Source of the DNA: an uncultured Bacilli bacterium
GTDB lineage: Bacteria; Bacillota_I; Bacilli_A; RF39; UBA660
Direction of reading: 5' to 3'
Assembly (NCBI GenBank): GCA_947593955.1
Contig: CANQDV010000002.1
Span: 1-59,294 of the forward strand
DNA: 59,294 bases
Part shown: piece after piece, positions 20,349 through 30,495 of the stretch
How the letters are laid out: each line of letters opens with the position of its first letter
Numbering within the stretch: position 1 is the stretch's first letter
Position numbers and translations under genes: made by a program
The notes under the pieces: model-generated
What the model was told of the DNA's origin: nothing
What the model saw: the letters and a program-made list of their open reading frames with translations, nothing else
Databases searched by the model: none

Positions 20349-20618
20349 ATAGTTTTTAACTCATTAATATTTTTATTTATTTAAATATTTATCAACATAA
20401 TTCACAACCTTGTTTAAAACTTTATTAATATATGTTATTAAAAATTTGTGGAAAATGTGCAAAACTAATAAAATCCTTATATATTTTGAATTGTATTTGT
20501 TGAAAAAGTTGTTAATAACCTATGGAAAACTTTTTTTTTATCTTTTATCTTTATTTTTTCAACAGGATAAGTTACAATGAAAGTGTATTAAATATTCTTT
20601 TCTTGGGGGGAAGTGATA
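20349..20618. promoter_or_regulatory. oriC part 1: DnaA-box cluster upstream of dnaA
   Basis: One-mismatch DnaA boxes TTATCAACA (20389-20397) and TGTGGAAAA (20447-20455). Weaker two-mismatch boxes at 20398-20406 and 20521-20529. The gene-orientation switch is here. Confidence 0.6.
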
Positions 20619-22001
20619 ATGATGGATACATCTGTTTTATGGTCGCAAATTTTAAATAAAATTAAAACTGAAATAAATTCATTATCATTTCAAACTTGGT
20701 TTGAAGAAACAGAACTTTATGATTTAAATAACGGAGTTGCCAAAATAATAGTGCCATATGCTATTCATAAAAATCATATTTTAAATAACTATAACGATAT
20801 TTTAAAAAATTGTTTTTTAGAATTTACTGGTAATAATGTGGAATTAGAGCTTTTCTTAAAAGAAGATATAATAGAGGAAAATAACACTGAATCAAATAAC
20901 ATTGAACCAAAAGTAGAAAATAGCAACACCAATAATATTTATAATAATGCATATATAAATTCTAATTTAAATTCTAAATATACATTTGATAATTTTATAG
21001 TTGGAAATAGTAATAAATTTGCTCATGCAGCTGCTTTAGCGGTTGCTGAAAATCCTGGGAAAACATATAATCCTTTATTTATATATGGAAACAGTGGGTT
21101 AGGTAAAACGCATTTAATGCACGCAATAGGTAATTATATTGATAAACATTCTGATAAAAAAGTTTTATATGTAACTAGTGAACAATTTGTTTCAGACTTT
21201 ATAGGTATTAATAAAAAAGATGAAAATGGTACTAATTTTAGTTATGTTGACTTCTTTAAACAAAAATATCGCAACATTGATGTTTTAATAATAGACGATA
21301 TTCAGTATTTAGGTGGTGCAACAGAAACGCAAAAAGAGTTTTTCCACACCTTTAATACTTTATATGGTGACAATAAACAAATTATTATTTCATCAGACAG
21401 ATCACCAGATGATTTAAAAATATTAGAAGATCGTCTTCGAACTCGATTCTGTTGGGGATTATCTGTTGATATTTTTCCTCCCGATTTTGAATTAAGGGTA
21501 GCGATATTAAAAAAAAGAATTGCTGGAGAAGCAATCAACAAATATATACCTGATTCAGTAATCGAATATATGGCTTCAAATTTAGGAAGCGATATTCGAA
21601 TGTTGGAAGGTGCAGTAACAAGATTAGTGGCATATTCCACAATTATGGGTTCAGAAATAGATTTAAATCTTGCTATCGAAGCCCTTAAAGATTATATTAA
21701 CAAAGGAATTAGTGAAAAAAACGACGTAAACAAAATTCAAAAAGTTGTTGCGGAATATTTTCAAATTTCCACAGATGACTTGAAATCAAAAAAAAGAAAT
21801 TCCAACATTTCTTTTCCCAGACAAATTGCTATGTACCTGTGTAGAAAATTAACTGATGAATCATTTCCTAAAATAGGAATAGAATTTGGTGGGAAAGACC
21901 ATTCAACAGTTATGCATTCTTGTGAAAAAATAGAAAGAGAAATTTCAGTAAATAAAGATCTAGCGGATACAATAAAAAAATTAGAAAATGAAATAAAATA
22001 A
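20619..22001 (+). CDS. dnaA: Chromosomal replication initiator protein DnaA
   Basis: ORF from GTG 20613; ATG 20619 lies 8 nt after GGGGGG. Walker A GNSGLGKTHL, AAA+ box DDIQYL, C-terminal HTH DHSTVMH. Confidence 0.97.
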   Translation: MMDTSVLWSQILNKIKTEINSLSFQTWFEETELYDLNNGVAKIIVPYAIHKNHILNNYNDILKNCFLEFTGNNVELELFLKEDIIEENNTESNNIEPKVENSNTNNIYNNAYINSNLNSKYTFDNFIVGNSNKFAHAAALAVAENPGKTYNPLFIYGNSGLGKTHLMHAIGNYIDKHSDKKVLYVTSEQFVSDFIGINKKDENGTNFSYVDFFKQKYRNIDVLIIDDIQYLGGATETQKEFFHTFNTLYGDNKQIIISSDRSPDDLKILEDRLRTRFCWGLSVDIFPPDFELRVAILKKRIAGEAINKYIPDSVIEYMASNLGSDIRMLEGAVTRLVAYSTIMGSEIDLNLAIEALKDYINKGISEKNDVNKIQKVVAEYFQISTDDLKSKKRNSNISFPRQIAMYLCRKLTDESFPKIGIEFGGKDHSTVMHSCEKIEREISVNKDLADTIKKLENEIK

Positions 22002-22129
22002 ACAGGTTTTAAACAAGATATTCACAATTATAATAAATTAAAATATAGATATAATAAAGTGAAATTAGTTTTCCACAAATTCCACTTTAATAATATAAAA
22101 AATAATAAAAAAAGAAAGAGGAAATAAAT
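22002..22129. promoter_or_regulatory. oriC part 2: dnaA-dnaN intergenic DnaA box plus AT-rich unwinding candidate
   Basis: TTTTCCACA (22069-22077, 1 mismatch) followed by TTTAATAATATAAAAAATAATAAAAAAAG. Layout is as in the B. subtilis dnaA-dnaN spacer. Confidence 0.5.
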
Positions 22130-23251
22130 ATGAAACTAAAAATAAAAAAAGATACATTACTAGAAAGTTTAAATAAAGTATCAAAAGCAATATCAACCAA
22201 AAATTTAATACCTATATTATCAGGAATTAAATTTGAATTAACAAACGATGGATTAACTTTAACAGCATCAGATAATGATATAACTATTCAAACATTCATA
22301 CCTAAAGATGAAAACATGAATATAGAAAAAGAGGGTAGTATAATAATACAAGGAAAATATATATTAGATATAGTAAGAAAATTACCAGATGAATTTATTA
22401 ATATTGAAGTAATAGATGAATTAAAGATTATTATTTATACAGATAATAGTGAATTTAATTTAAATGGTATTAATAAAAGTGAATATCCTAATATTTCATT
22501 AGAAGAAAGTAAAAAAGTTATACCAATAAATAATAAAATTTTTAGAAGTATAATCAATCAAACTTCTTTTGCAACATCAACAGATGAATCACGACCAGTA
22601 TTAACTGGAATTAATTTCAAAATAGTAGGGGACTTATTAGAATGTAATGCTACTGATTCTTATCGTTTAGCTAAGAAAACTATACATTTAAGTAGTCCTG
22701 TAGATGAAAATTATAATTTTGTAATTCCTAGTAAAAACTTAATAGAATATAACAAAATATTAGATGATGGCGAAGATAATATAGAAATGCATATATTTAA
22801 TAATAAGATATTATTTAAGTATAATAATCTATTATTTCAATCAAGATTAATAAATGGAAATTATCCAAATACTGATAATTTATGGCCTACAGATCCAATT
22901 TTAACTATTAATGCTAATCTTGAAGAATTATACAATGTTATTGATCGAGCAAGTATTTTAACTTCTGATAAAGAGAAAAATGTTGTTACTTTTGAAATAA
23001 ATGACGATACTTTACTTGTTAAATCTTCTTCTGTAGAAATTGGTAGAGTAGAGGAAAAAATGAAAATTGAAAAAGAAAATGAAGAAGAAATTAAAATTTC
23101 TTTTAGTGCTAAATATATGATGGAAGCCTTAAAATCATTTGAAGGAGAGACTGCTAAATTAAAGTTCTTTGGTGAAATTAAACCAATAATTATATGTGAA
23201 AAAGATGATGATACTTTGGAACAATTAGTTTTACCAATTAGAACTTATTAA
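22130..23251 (+). CDS. dnaN: DNA polymerase III beta sliding clamp
   Basis: 373 aa; three-domain clamp pattern, N-terminus MKLKIKKDTLLESLNKVSKAIS, C-terminus LVLPIRTY. Confidence 0.95.
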   Translation: MKLKIKKDTLLESLNKVSKAISTKNLIPILSGIKFELTNDGLTLTASDNDITIQTFIPKDENMNIEKEGSIIIQGKYILDIVRKLPDEFINIEVIDELKIIIYTDNSEFNLNGINKSEYPNISLEESKKVIPINNKIFRSIINQTSFATSTDESRPVLTGINFKIVGDLLECNATDSYRLAKKTIHLSSPVDENYNFVIPSKNLIEYNKILDDGEDNIEMHIFNNKILFKYNNLLFQSRLINGNYPNTDNLWPTDPILTINANLEELYNVIDRASILTSDKEKNVVTFEINDDTLLVKSSSVEIGRVEEKMKIEKENEEEIKISFSAKYMMEALKSFEGETAKLKFFGEIKPIIICEKDDDTLEQLVLPIRTY

Positions 23252-23260
23252 AAAAATTAA

Positions 23261-23290
23261 TATTTCGACAAAAAACGACATATTTCGACA
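23261..23290 (+). promoter_or_regulatory. Helically phased direct repeats (CGACA x3, 10-bp spacing) upstream of comK-like gene
   Basis: TATTTCGACA (23261-70), AAAAACGACA (23271-80), TATTTCGACA (23281-90). TCGACA resembles a -35 hexamer. Confidence 0.3.
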
Positions 23291-23352
23291 TATTATTTCC
23301 TTATTATAACAATCGTAATTTTTAATTTTAAAGATTACGGAAGGGGGATTTT

Positions 23353-23799
23353 ATGAAATATGAAATCAATGAAGAAACAATGGCTATAATACCTATTGGC
23401 TTAAACAAAACGAAAGTTGTAGAATTAAGAAAGGAATACACAATACCTTCATCAACATTTCAAATAATGGAAGAAAACTGTGAATATTATGGCAGTACAT
23501 TTGATGGTAGAATAAAAGCAGCTCAAAAAATACTTAGTTTTAGTTACAAAATACCATTAATTGTCGAGGAGTCTTCTCAAATAATTTTCTTTCCTACAAA
23601 GTCATCTTCAGCAAATGATTGTGCTTGGATTAATCACAATTTTGTGGAAAAAAGAATAAAAAATGGTAAAAATACAAAAGTTGTATTTCAAAATGGTTCA
23701 GAATATGAATTTAAAATTTCAAAGCTTTCTTTTGAAAATCAATTATTAAGAGCTGGCATGCTTGAATCTACACTTTCAAAAAGATTAAATAAAAAATAA
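23353..23799 (+). CDS. comK: ComK-family competence transcription factor-like protein
   Basis: 148 aa. Blocks align with B. subtilis ComK as recalled: YYGSTFDGRIKA vs FFGSSYAGRKAG; KIPLIVEESSQIIFFPTKSSSANDCAWINHNFV vs KPPIMVDPSNQIFLFPTLSSTRPQCGWISHVHV; SFENQLLRAGML vs SFENQVYRTAWL. Confidence 0.75.
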   Translation: MKYEINEETMAIIPIGLNKTKVVELRKEYTIPSSTFQIMEENCEYYGSTFDGRIKAAQKILSFSYKIPLIVEESSQIIFFPTKSSSANDCAWINHNFVEKRIKNGKNTKVVFQNGSEYEFKISKLSFENQLLRAGMLESTLSKRLNKK

Positions 23800-23817
23800 T
23801 CAAAAAAATAAAAATTT

Positions 23818-23844
23818 AAGAGGATAAATACCTCTTTTTCTTTT
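23818..23844 (+). terminator. Intrinsic terminator after comK-like gene
   Basis: AAGAGG-AUAAAUA-CCUCUU hairpin followed by UUUCUUUU. Confidence 0.7.
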
Positions 23845-23869
23845 GTATTTAAAAAATATATGATATAAT
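23843..23869 (+). promoter_or_regulatory. Sigma-A promoter with extended -10 for recF-gyrB-gyrA
   Basis: TTGTAT - 15 nt - TGaTATAAT (23861-23869). Confidence 0.5.
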
Positions 23870-23937
23870 GTACTTGTATGTATAGTGGACTATGGTTATG
23901 GGTAAAGGTGTTATATGAGCATTTTAGAGGGTTTTAA

Positions 23938-25062
23938 ATGATATTAACAAAAATTAATTTACTAAATTTTAGAAATTATAAAAAGTGTAATATTAAATTA
24001 AATGATAAAGTTAATATATTTATAGGAAATAATGCTCAAGGAAAAACGAATATATTAGAAAGTATATATGTTTTAGCTCTTACTAAATCATACCGCACTA
24101 ATTATGATGATAATTTAAAACGTAAAGGTAGTGATTTTTATAAGATTAAAGGGGAAGTAAAGGTTGGAAAATATTCAAAAAATTTAGAAATTTCGGTTAT
24201 TTACAATGACAAAAGGGTATTTATAAACGATACCAATATTAAAAGAATATCTGATTATGTATCTAATTTAAATGTTATAATGTTATCCCCAGAAGATGTG
24301 GAAACAATAAAAGGTTCTCCGTCCATAAGAAGGGATTTATTAAATATAGAAATTAGTCAATTAAATCAGCAATATATAAATTACTATAATGAGTATAACA
24401 AACTTCTAAAAATGCGTAATGATTATTTGAAACTAATTTATACCAATAGTATTAGTGATTATAGATATTTAGATGTATTAACAGAAAATTTAGTTAATAG
24501 AGCAGCTTATATTTATAAAGAACGACTAACATTTATAGAAAAAATCAATAAAAATATTGGTGAAATATTTAAAACATTATCAGATGTACAAAATTTAAAA
24601 ATTGTTTATGATACTAATATTGAAATAAATAACAAAACTCAAAAAGAAATTGAAGATATTTTGAAAGAAAAATATTATCATAATAAACAAAAAGAAATAG
24701 TTGCTGGAATGACGCTATATGGTCCTCATAGAGATGATTATCATTTTTTAATAGATGATAATGATATTAAAATATTTGGTTCTCAAGGGCAACAAAAATT
24801 GGCTATGATAGCGTTTAAATTATCAGAAATATTAATTTTTGAAGAGATTATAGGTAGTAAGCCAATACTTCTTTTAGATGATATTTTTAGTGAGTTAGAT
24901 AAAACTAAAAGAAATAGGCTTATTAATTATATAAATGATGACATACAAGTAATAATAACTGCTAATGATACAGTAGGAATTAATAAAAAATTGTTAAGAA
25001 ACGCTACTATATATAAGGTAGAAAATGGAAAAATAATAGCAAAGGGTGATTTTAATGGATGA
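23938..25062 (+). CDS. recF: DNA replication and repair protein RecF
   Basis: 374 aa; Walker [15 protein letters not shown], signature GSQGQQK, Walker [12 protein letters not shown]. Confidence 0.95.
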   Translation: MILTKINLLNFRNYKKCNIKLNDKVNIFIGNNAQGKTNILESIYVLALTKSYRTNYDDNLKRKGSDFYKIKGEVKVGKYSKNLEISVIYNDKRVFINDTNIKRISDYVSNLNVIMLSPEDVETIKGSPSIRRDLLNIEISQLNQQYINYYNEYNKLLKMRNDYLKLIYTNSISDYRYLDVLTENLVNRAAYIYKERLTFIEKINKNIGEIFKTLSDVQNLKIVYDTNIEINNKTQKEIEDILKEKYYHNKQKEIVAGMTLYGPHRDDYHFLIDDNDIKIFGSQGQQKLAMIAFKLSEILIFEEIIGSKPILLLDDIFSELDKTKRNRLINYINDDIQVIITANDTVGINKKLLRNATIYKVENGKIIAKGDFNG

Positions 25063-26986
25063 AAATAATGAAAAAGCTTATGATTCTTCTTCGATTCAAG
25101 TATTAGAAGGATTAGAAGCAGTAAGAAAAAGACCAGGTATGTATATTGGTACAACTGATGTTAAAGGATTACATCATTTAGTATGGGAAATTGTTGATAA
25201 TTCAATAGATGAAGCATTGGCGGGATATTGTAAAAACATTGAAGTTATTATTAATAAAGATAATTCTATTACTGTAAAAGATGATGGAAGAGGTATTCCA
25301 ACAGAAATACATCCAAAAACTAAAATATCAACAGTAGAGACTGTTTATACAGTATTACATGCTGGAGGAAAATTTGGTGGTGGAGGATACAAAGTATCTG
25401 GAGGTTTACATGGTGTAGGAGCTAGTGTTGTTAATGCTCTTAGTAAGTGGTTAGAAGTAAAAGTATATAAGAATGAAACAGTAAATTTTATTCGATTTGA
25501 AAATGGTGGGCATACCGTTGAACCATTACATGTCATTGATAAATGTAGTCCTGATAGAACAGGTACGACCGTAACTTTTAAACCAGATCCAGAAATATTT
25601 GATACAGATATTTACGATTACGATACTTTGAAGATTAGACTTCGTGAATTGGCCTTTTTAAATAGAGGATTATCTATTACTTTAAGAGATGATCGTGATA
25701 TGGAAGATACAACTGGAGAGACCTTTTTATATGAAGGTGGAATTAGTGAATATGTAAGGTTTATTAATAAAGAAAAAACTCCTGTTCACGAAGATATTAT
25801 TCATTTAGATGGCGAAGAAGATGGAGTATTTTTTGAAGTTGCAATGCAATATAATACAAGTTACAATGATAATATTTATTCTTTTGTTAATAACATTAAT
25901 ACTCATGATGGTGGAACTCATGAAGAAGGTGTTAGGAGAGCTTTAACAAGAGTAATTAATTCTTACGCTAGAAAATCCAATATTTTAAAAGAAAAAGATG
26001 AACCTTTAACTGGAGATGATGTTAAAGAAGGATTAACAATGATTATTTCTTGTAAGCATCCTAATCCACAATTTGAAGGTCAAACTAAAGGAAGATTAGG
26101 AAATTCGGAAGTAAGAAAATTAGCCGATAATGTTTTTTCACAAGGTTTTGAAAGATTTTTATTGGAAAATCCTGAGTCAGCAAGAGCAATTGTTAATAAA
26201 GCATTATTAGCTTGTAGAGCTAGAAATGCTGCAAGAAAAGCCCGTGAAATAACAAGAAAAAGTGATTTAGCAACTACTAATTTTTTTGGGAAATTATCTG
26301 ATTGTAAAAGTAAAGATCCAAAAGTGTCAGAAATATTTATTGTCGAGGGAGATTCAGCTGGAGGTTCTGCCAAAAAAGGTAGGGATTCTATGACTCAAGC
26401 AATTCTTCCATTAAGAGGTAAAATATTAAATGTTGAAAAGGCAAGACTTGATAGGGCATTATCAAATGAAGAAATAAGAACAATTATAACAGCATTTGGT
26501 ACTGGTATAGGAGAAGAATTTGATTTATCCAAATTAAGATATGACAAAATAATAATTATGACAGATGCCGATGTTGATGGCTCTCATATAAGAGTATTAT
26601 TATTAACTTTATTTTATAGATTTTTTAAACCAATTGTTGAAGCAGGGCATGTATATGCTGCTCAACCTCCATTATTTCGAATAATGCATGGAAAAACAAG
26701 AAAATATGTTTTAAATGATGAAGAATTAGAGGACTATTTAAATAGTCTTCCTGAAAACGTTAGAAGTCGTGCGGAAATTGCTCGTATGAAAGGTTTAGGA
26801 GAAATGGATGCCGAAGAACTAAACGAAACAACTATGGATATAGAAAAACGTGTATTAAGAAAAATAACAGTTAATGATTGTGTTGCAGCAGATGCAATAT
26901 TTGAAAAGTTAATGGGTGATGAAGTAGAACCAAGAAGAAAATTTATTGAAGAAAATGCAGGATATGTACAAAATCTAGATATATAG
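25055..26986 (+). CDS. gyrB: DNA gyrase subunit B
   Basis: ORF from GTG 25046; ATG 25055 lies 8 nt after AAAGGG and overlaps the recF stop by 8 nt. Motifs [24 protein letters not shown], Toprim [17 protein letters not shown]. Confidence 0.97.
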   Translation: MDENNEKAYDSSSIQVLEGLEAVRKRPGMYIGTTDVKGLHHLVWEIVDNSIDEALAGYCKNIEVIINKDNSITVKDDGRGIPTEIHPKTKISTVETVYTVLHAGGKFGGGGYKVSGGLHGVGASVVNALSKWLEVKVYKNETVNFIRFENGGHTVEPLHVIDKCSPDRTGTTVTFKPDPEIFDTDIYDYDTLKIRLRELAFLNRGLSITLRDDRDMEDTTGETFLYEGGISEYVRFINKEKTPVHEDIIHLDGEEDGVFFEVAMQYNTSYNDNIYSFVNNINTHDGGTHEEGVRRALTRVINSYARKSNILKEKDEPLTGDDVKEGLTMIISCKHPNPQFEGQTKGRLGNSEVRKLADNVFSQGFERFLLENPESARAIVNKALLACRARNAARKAREITRKSDLATTNFFGKLSDCKSKDPKVSEIFIVEGDSAGGSAKKGRDSMTQAILPLRGKILNVEKARLDRALSNEEIRTIITAFGTGIGEEFDLSKLRYDKIIIMTDADVDGSHIRVLLLTLFYRFFKPIVEAGHVYAAQPPLFRIMHGKTRKYVLNDEELEDYLNSLPENVRSRAEIARMKGLGEMDAEELNETTMDIEKRVLRKITVNDCVAADAIFEKLMGDEVEPRRKFIEENAGYVQNLDI

Positions 26987-26996
26987 GCGGTGAATT

Positions 26997-29549
26997 ATGG
27001 ATACAGAAAATAAAAATGAAGAATTTGATGAAGAACTTGAAAGAATTAATATTGATAATAACAATTTTAATGGATACTTTCATGAAAGAGATAGTTTAGC
27101 AGAAAATAATATTGTAGATGAGGTTAAGTCATCATTTCTAGAATATTCAATGAGTGTTATTGCTTCACGTGCCTTACCAGATTTAAGAGATGGATTGAAA
27201 CCTGTACATCGTCGTATTTTATGGTCAATGTACGAATGTGGTTATACTCCAGATAAACCTCATAGAAAATCAGCTACGACAGTTGGTTATGTTATGGGAC
27301 ATTATCATCCACATGGAGATTCTTCAATATATGAAGCAATGGTTAGAATGGCTCAAGATTTTAATCAAAGGTATATGTTAATAGATGGCCATGGCAACTT
27401 TGGTAATATTGAAGGTGATGGCGCAGCAGCAATGCGTTATACCGAATCAAAATTATCAAAAATTTCCTTAGAGTTATTACGTGATATCAATAAAGATACT
27501 GTTGATATGGATGATAACTTTGATGTGACTAGTAAAGAACCAAAAGTATTGCCTTCGAGATTTCCTAATATTTTAGTTAATGGTACAATGGGTATTGCTG
27601 TCGGTATGGCTACCAACATTCCACCACATAATTTAGGTGAAGTAATAGATGGTTGTGTAGCGTATATAGATAATCCAGACATTGATACTCTTGGGTTAAT
27701 GCAATACATTAAGGGACCAGATTTTCCTACAGGGGGTATAATTCTTGGCAATTCTGGTATAAAAACAGCATATGAAACAGGTAGAGGAACTATTACTATT
27801 CGTAGTAAAGCTACTATTGAAGATGCTGGAACACATAGTAATATAATAATTACTGAAGTTCCGTATGGTATAAATACTATGGAATTAAAAGATAAAGTAG
27901 CTGAGCTTGTACATACTAAAGTAATTGATGGTATTGCTGATTATCATACTGATCTTAAAGATGGAGTAAAGATAACGATAACGTTAAAGCGTGAAGCAAA
28001 TCCACAAGTAGTATTAAATAATCTTTATAAGCATACTAATTTTCAAGTACAATATGGAATTATTTTTCTAATGTTAGATGGTATAACACCTAGAACTTTA
28101 GGATTAAAAGCTGTTATCTCCAAATATATTGATTATCAAAAAGAAGTTATAATAAGAAGAACTAAATTTGATTTAGCTAGAGATGAAAAAAGAGTTCATA
28201 TCTTAGAAGGATACAAGATAGCGCAAGATAATATTGATGAAGTTGTAAAAATCATTAGAAATGCAGAAAGCGATGTTGAAGCTAAAGAAAAATTAATGTC
28301 TAGATTTAATTTATCTGAAGTACAAACAGATGCTATATTAGAATTAAAATTACGTCGTTTAACTGGTCTTGAACGAGATAAAATTGAAGCAGAATTACAA
28401 CAATTGTTAGTAGAAATAGAAGAGTTAAAATCAATTTTAGCCTCTGAACAAAAAGTATTAGATATTATTAAGAAGGAATTATTAGAAATAAAGAGTAAAT
28501 ATGGCGACGATAGGAAAACTGAAATTGATATGACAGCAATTGATTATATTGAAGATGAATCTTTAATTCCAGTAGAAGAATCAATTATTACACTTACAAA
28601 TAAGGGATATATAAAACGTGTACCATCTAATACTTATAAAACGCAAAATAGAGGTGGAGTAGGTATAAAAGGTATGGGTACTAACGAAGAAGATTTTCCT
28701 GAAAAATTAGTAACTATGAGAACCCATGATTACTTATTGTTATTTTCAAATTATGGTAAGGTATATCGTATAAAAGGTTATACTATTCCAGAATTTAATC
28801 GTCAGTCAAAAGGATTGCCAATAATTAATTTGTTACCTATAGAAAAAGATGAAAAAATAACATCAATGAATGTTATTAAATATGATAACGAGGAAAATAA
28901 ATACTTAGTATTTGTTACAAAGAAGGGATTAATTAAAAGAACTGCTATTTCTGAATTTGAAAATATCAGAAATAATGGAAAAAAAGCAATAGTGCTAAAA
29001 GAAGACGACGAATTAATTGCAGTAAGAAAGACAACAGGTGATAAAGAAATTATTATTGGAAGCAGTAATGGTCGTTTAGTAAGATTTGATGAAACAGAAG
29101 TTCGTGTTATGGGAAGAGGAAGCGCTGGTGTTCGTGGAATAAACTGTGATAATGCTTATGTAGTCGGTGCCGAAGTAGTTGAAGAAAATCATCAAGTATT
29201 AGTTGTAACAGAAAATGGATATGGTAAGCGTACACCAATCGGTGATTATCGTTTAACTCATAGAGGTAGCAAAGGTGTTAAGACATTAAATATCACAGAG
29301 AAAAACGGTAAAATAGTTGCTCTTAGAACTGTTGTTGGCGATGAGGATTTAATGATTATTACTAGCAGTGGTATCGTAATTAGGATATCAATTAATCAAA
29401 TATCTGAGTTAAGTAGAAATACACAAGGAGTTAGATTAATTAATTTGAAAAATGATCAAAAAGTAGCAACAGCTAATACTATAGAACATTTGGAAGAGGA
29501 AACTATTAGCTTGGATAATAATGATATTAACGAAGAACAAGGAGAATAA
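26997..29549 (+). CDS. gyrA: DNA gyrase subunit A
   Basis: 850 aa; catalytic Tyr motif AAMRYTE, QRDR-like [18 protein letters not shown]-terminal beta-pinwheel repeats. Confidence 0.97.
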   Translation: MDTENKNEEFDEELERINIDNNNFNGYFHERDSLAENNIVDEVKSSFLEYSMSVIASRALPDLRDGLKPVHRRILWSMYECGYTPDKPHRKSATTVGYVMGHYHPHGDSSIYEAMVRMAQDFNQRYMLIDGHGNFGNIEGDGAAAMRYTESKLSKISLELLRDINKDTVDMDDNFDVTSKEPKVLPSRFPNILVNGTMGIAVGMATNIPPHNLGEVIDGCVAYIDNPDIDTLGLMQYIKGPDFPTGGIILGNSGIKTAYETGRGTITIRSKATIEDAGTHSNIIITEVPYGINTMELKDKVAELVHTKVIDGIADYHTDLKDGVKITITLKREANPQVVLNNLYKHTNFQVQYGIIFLMLDGITPRTLGLKAVISKYIDYQKEVIIRRTKFDLARDEKRVHILEGYKIAQDNIDEVVKIIRNAESDVEAKEKLMSRFNLSEVQTDAILELKLRRLTGLERDKIEAELQQLLVEIEELKSILASEQKVLDIIKKELLEIKSKYGDDRKTEIDMTAIDYIEDESLIPVEESIITLTNKGYIKRVPSNTYKTQNRGGVGIKGMGTNEEDFPEKLVTMRTHDYLLLFSNYGKVYRIKGYTIPEFNRQSKGLPIINLLPIEKDEKITSMNVIKYDNEENKYLVFVTKKGLIKRTAISEFENIRNNGKKAIVLKEDDELIAVRKTTGDKEIIIGSSNGRLVRFDETEVRVMGRGSAGVRGINCDNAYVVGAEVVEENHQVLVVTENGYGKRTPIGDYRLTHRGSKGVKTLNITEKNGKIVALRTVVGDEDLMIITSSGIVIRISINQISELSRNTQGVRLINLKNDQKVATANTIEHLEEETISLDNNDINEEQGE

Positions 29550-29569
29550 AACTTCTTGTTCTTTATTTT
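29533..29569 (+). terminator. Probable terminator of gyrA
   Basis: AAGAACAAGGAG / CUUCUUGUUCUU stem spanning the stop codon, followed by UAUUUUA. Confidence 0.5.
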
Positions 29570-29584
29570 ATTTCCCGGGAAATA
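29569..29584. promoter_or_regulatory. Noc-binding site NBS-1 (perfect TATTTCCCGGGAAATA)
   Basis: Exact 16-bp palindrome identical to the published NBS consensus. The GC core is exceptional in this AT-rich DNA. Confidence 0.85.
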
Positions 29585-29608
29585 TTTTTAGAACGTTTGT
29601 TTGATTTT

Positions 29609-29624
29609 TATTTCCCGGGAAATA
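29609..29624. promoter_or_regulatory. Noc-binding site NBS-2 (perfect TATTTCCCGGGAAATA)
   Basis: Exact 16-mer (the palindrome extends to 18 bp, 29608-29625). Centre is 40 bp from NBS-1. Confidence 0.85.
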
Positions 29625-29668
29625 ATTTATATTAAAAACAATAATATATTATATTAATCTAAAATATA

Positions 29669-29684
29669 TGTTTCACGTGAAACA
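29669..29684. promoter_or_regulatory. ParB-binding centromere site parS-1 (perfect TGTTTCACGTGAAACA)
   Basis: Exact 16-mer equal to the Firmicute parS consensus (the palindrome extends to 20 bp, 29667-29686). Lies 10 bp upstream of the putative ffs -35. Confidence 0.88.
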
Positions 29685-29693
29685 TAAAAAAAC

Positions 29694-29722
29694 TTGCTAT
29701 TTATTAGAAAATATATTATCTT
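29694..29722 (+). promoter_or_regulatory. Putative promoter of ffs
   Basis: TTGCTA - 17 nt - TATCTT. This places the transcription start at about 29729, where the SRP RNA closing stem begins. Confidence 0.45.
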
Positions 29723-29726
29723 ATAT

Positions 29727-29803
29727 ATAGCGCAATAAATATATTGGAACCAGGTCAGGATCGGAAGATAGCAGCCTTAACAGTCAATGTTTATGTGCGC
29801 TAT
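29727..29803 (+). ncRNA. ffs: Small (4.5S-like, about 77 nt) signal recognition particle RNA
   Basis: Domain IV core CCAGGUCAGGAUCGGAAGAUAGCAGCC (E. coli 4.5S has CCAGGUCAGGUCCGGAAGGAAGCAGCC) with a GGAA tetraloop. Closing stem AUAGCGCA/UGCGCUAU, then UUUUUA. Confidence 0.85.
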
Positions 29804-29820
29804 TTTTATAGGGTGATATT

Positions 29821-30255
29821 ATGAATATTGATGAATATTTTATGAATATAGCATTATCTGAAGCAAAGAAAGCTTATGATAAAAACGAAATACCTGTAGG
29901 TGCCGTTATTGTAGAAAATGGGAAAATAATAGCTAAAGCATTTAATAAGAAAAATTCTACGAAAGTTGTTTGTAATCATGCTGAAATGATAGCAATTATA
30001 AAAGCATGCCATGTTAATAAAGATTGGAGATTAAATGAATGTACTATTTACATCACAATGGAACCTTGTCCAATGTGTGCTAGTGCAATACAACAAGCTC
30101 GAATCAAAAGAGTTGTTTATGGGTGCAGTTCTAATAATATTGAAAATAGTAAATTAATTAATGATATTTTAAATAATTCAGCTGAAATAGAAAATGGTAT
30201 ACTTGAAAATGAATGTTCTTCCCTTATAAGAAAATTTTTTAATGGCATAAGATAA
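29821..30255 (+). CDS. tadA: tRNA-specific adenosine deaminase
   Basis: 144 aa; zinc motifs HAEM...PCPMCASA; AGGGTGA RBS. Confidence 0.92.
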   Translation: MNIDEYFMNIALSEAKKAYDKNEIPVGAVIVENGKIIAKAFNKKNSTKVVCNHAEMIAIIKACHVNKDWRLNECTIYITMEPCPMCASAIQQARIKRVVYGCSSNNIENSKLINDILNNSAEIENGILENECSSLIRKFFNGIR

Positions 30256-30271
30256 TGTTTCACGTGAAACA
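30256..30271. promoter_or_regulatory. parS-2 (perfect TGTTTCACGTGAAACA)
   Basis: Exact 16-mer. The 22-bp palindrome 30253-30274 starts with the tadA TAA stop codon. Confidence 0.88.
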
Positions 30272-30290
30272 TTAAATATTGTTTTAAAAT

Positions 30291-30306
30291 TATTTCCCGG
30301 GAAATA
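30291..30306. promoter_or_regulatory. NBS-3 (perfect TATTTCCCGGGAAATA)
   Basis: Exact 16-mer. Centre is 35 bp from the parS-2 centre. Confidence 0.85.
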
Positions 30307-30377
30307 TTTTTTTATATTTAATAAAGAATAAAGCTATAAAACAATAATTTTATATTGCAATGAAAGAAAAAAATAGT

Positions 30378-30478
30378 ATTGATTATTTAACTATTTATAG
30401 AAAAATTAAATAATAAACTTTGATTAAAAAAGTTGCTGTTAATTTTTTTTACAACACTATGCAAAAAAAATAAATTAA
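30378..30478 (+). pseudogene. Decayed duplicate of the dnaX 5' end
   Basis: ATTGATTATTTAACTATTTATAGAAAAATTAAATAATAAACTTTGAT aligns with the dnaX start ATGGGTTATTTAGCTATTTATAGAAAATATAGACCAACAAACTTTGAT. ATG has become ATT, and there are in-frame TAA TAA codons and indels. Confidence 0.65.
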
Positions 30479-30495
30479 TTTATATTTATTTTTTT

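Larger units (their letters stand above)
30247..30362 (+). repeat. Copy 1 of duplicated tadA-3'/parS/NBS/dnaX-leader module
   Basis: 30247-30280 is identical (34/34) to 30577-30610. 30281-30311 is identical (31/31) to 30662-30692. The following roughly 50 bp are diverged but alignable. Confidence 0.85.

Noticed and set aside
23898-23918. Tiny ORF MGKGVI between the comK-like gene and recF, checked as a possible yaaA remnant.
   Set aside because: It is six codons long and has no similarity to the S4-domain protein. It lies within the recF 5' UTR.
29550-29830. Search for an rRNA operon or tRNA genes after gyrA, where B. subtilis has rrnO there.
   Set aside because: No rRNA-like or tRNA-like (GTTCGAATC-type T-arm) sequence is present. 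The interval contains only NBS and parS sites, the ffs promoter and ffs.
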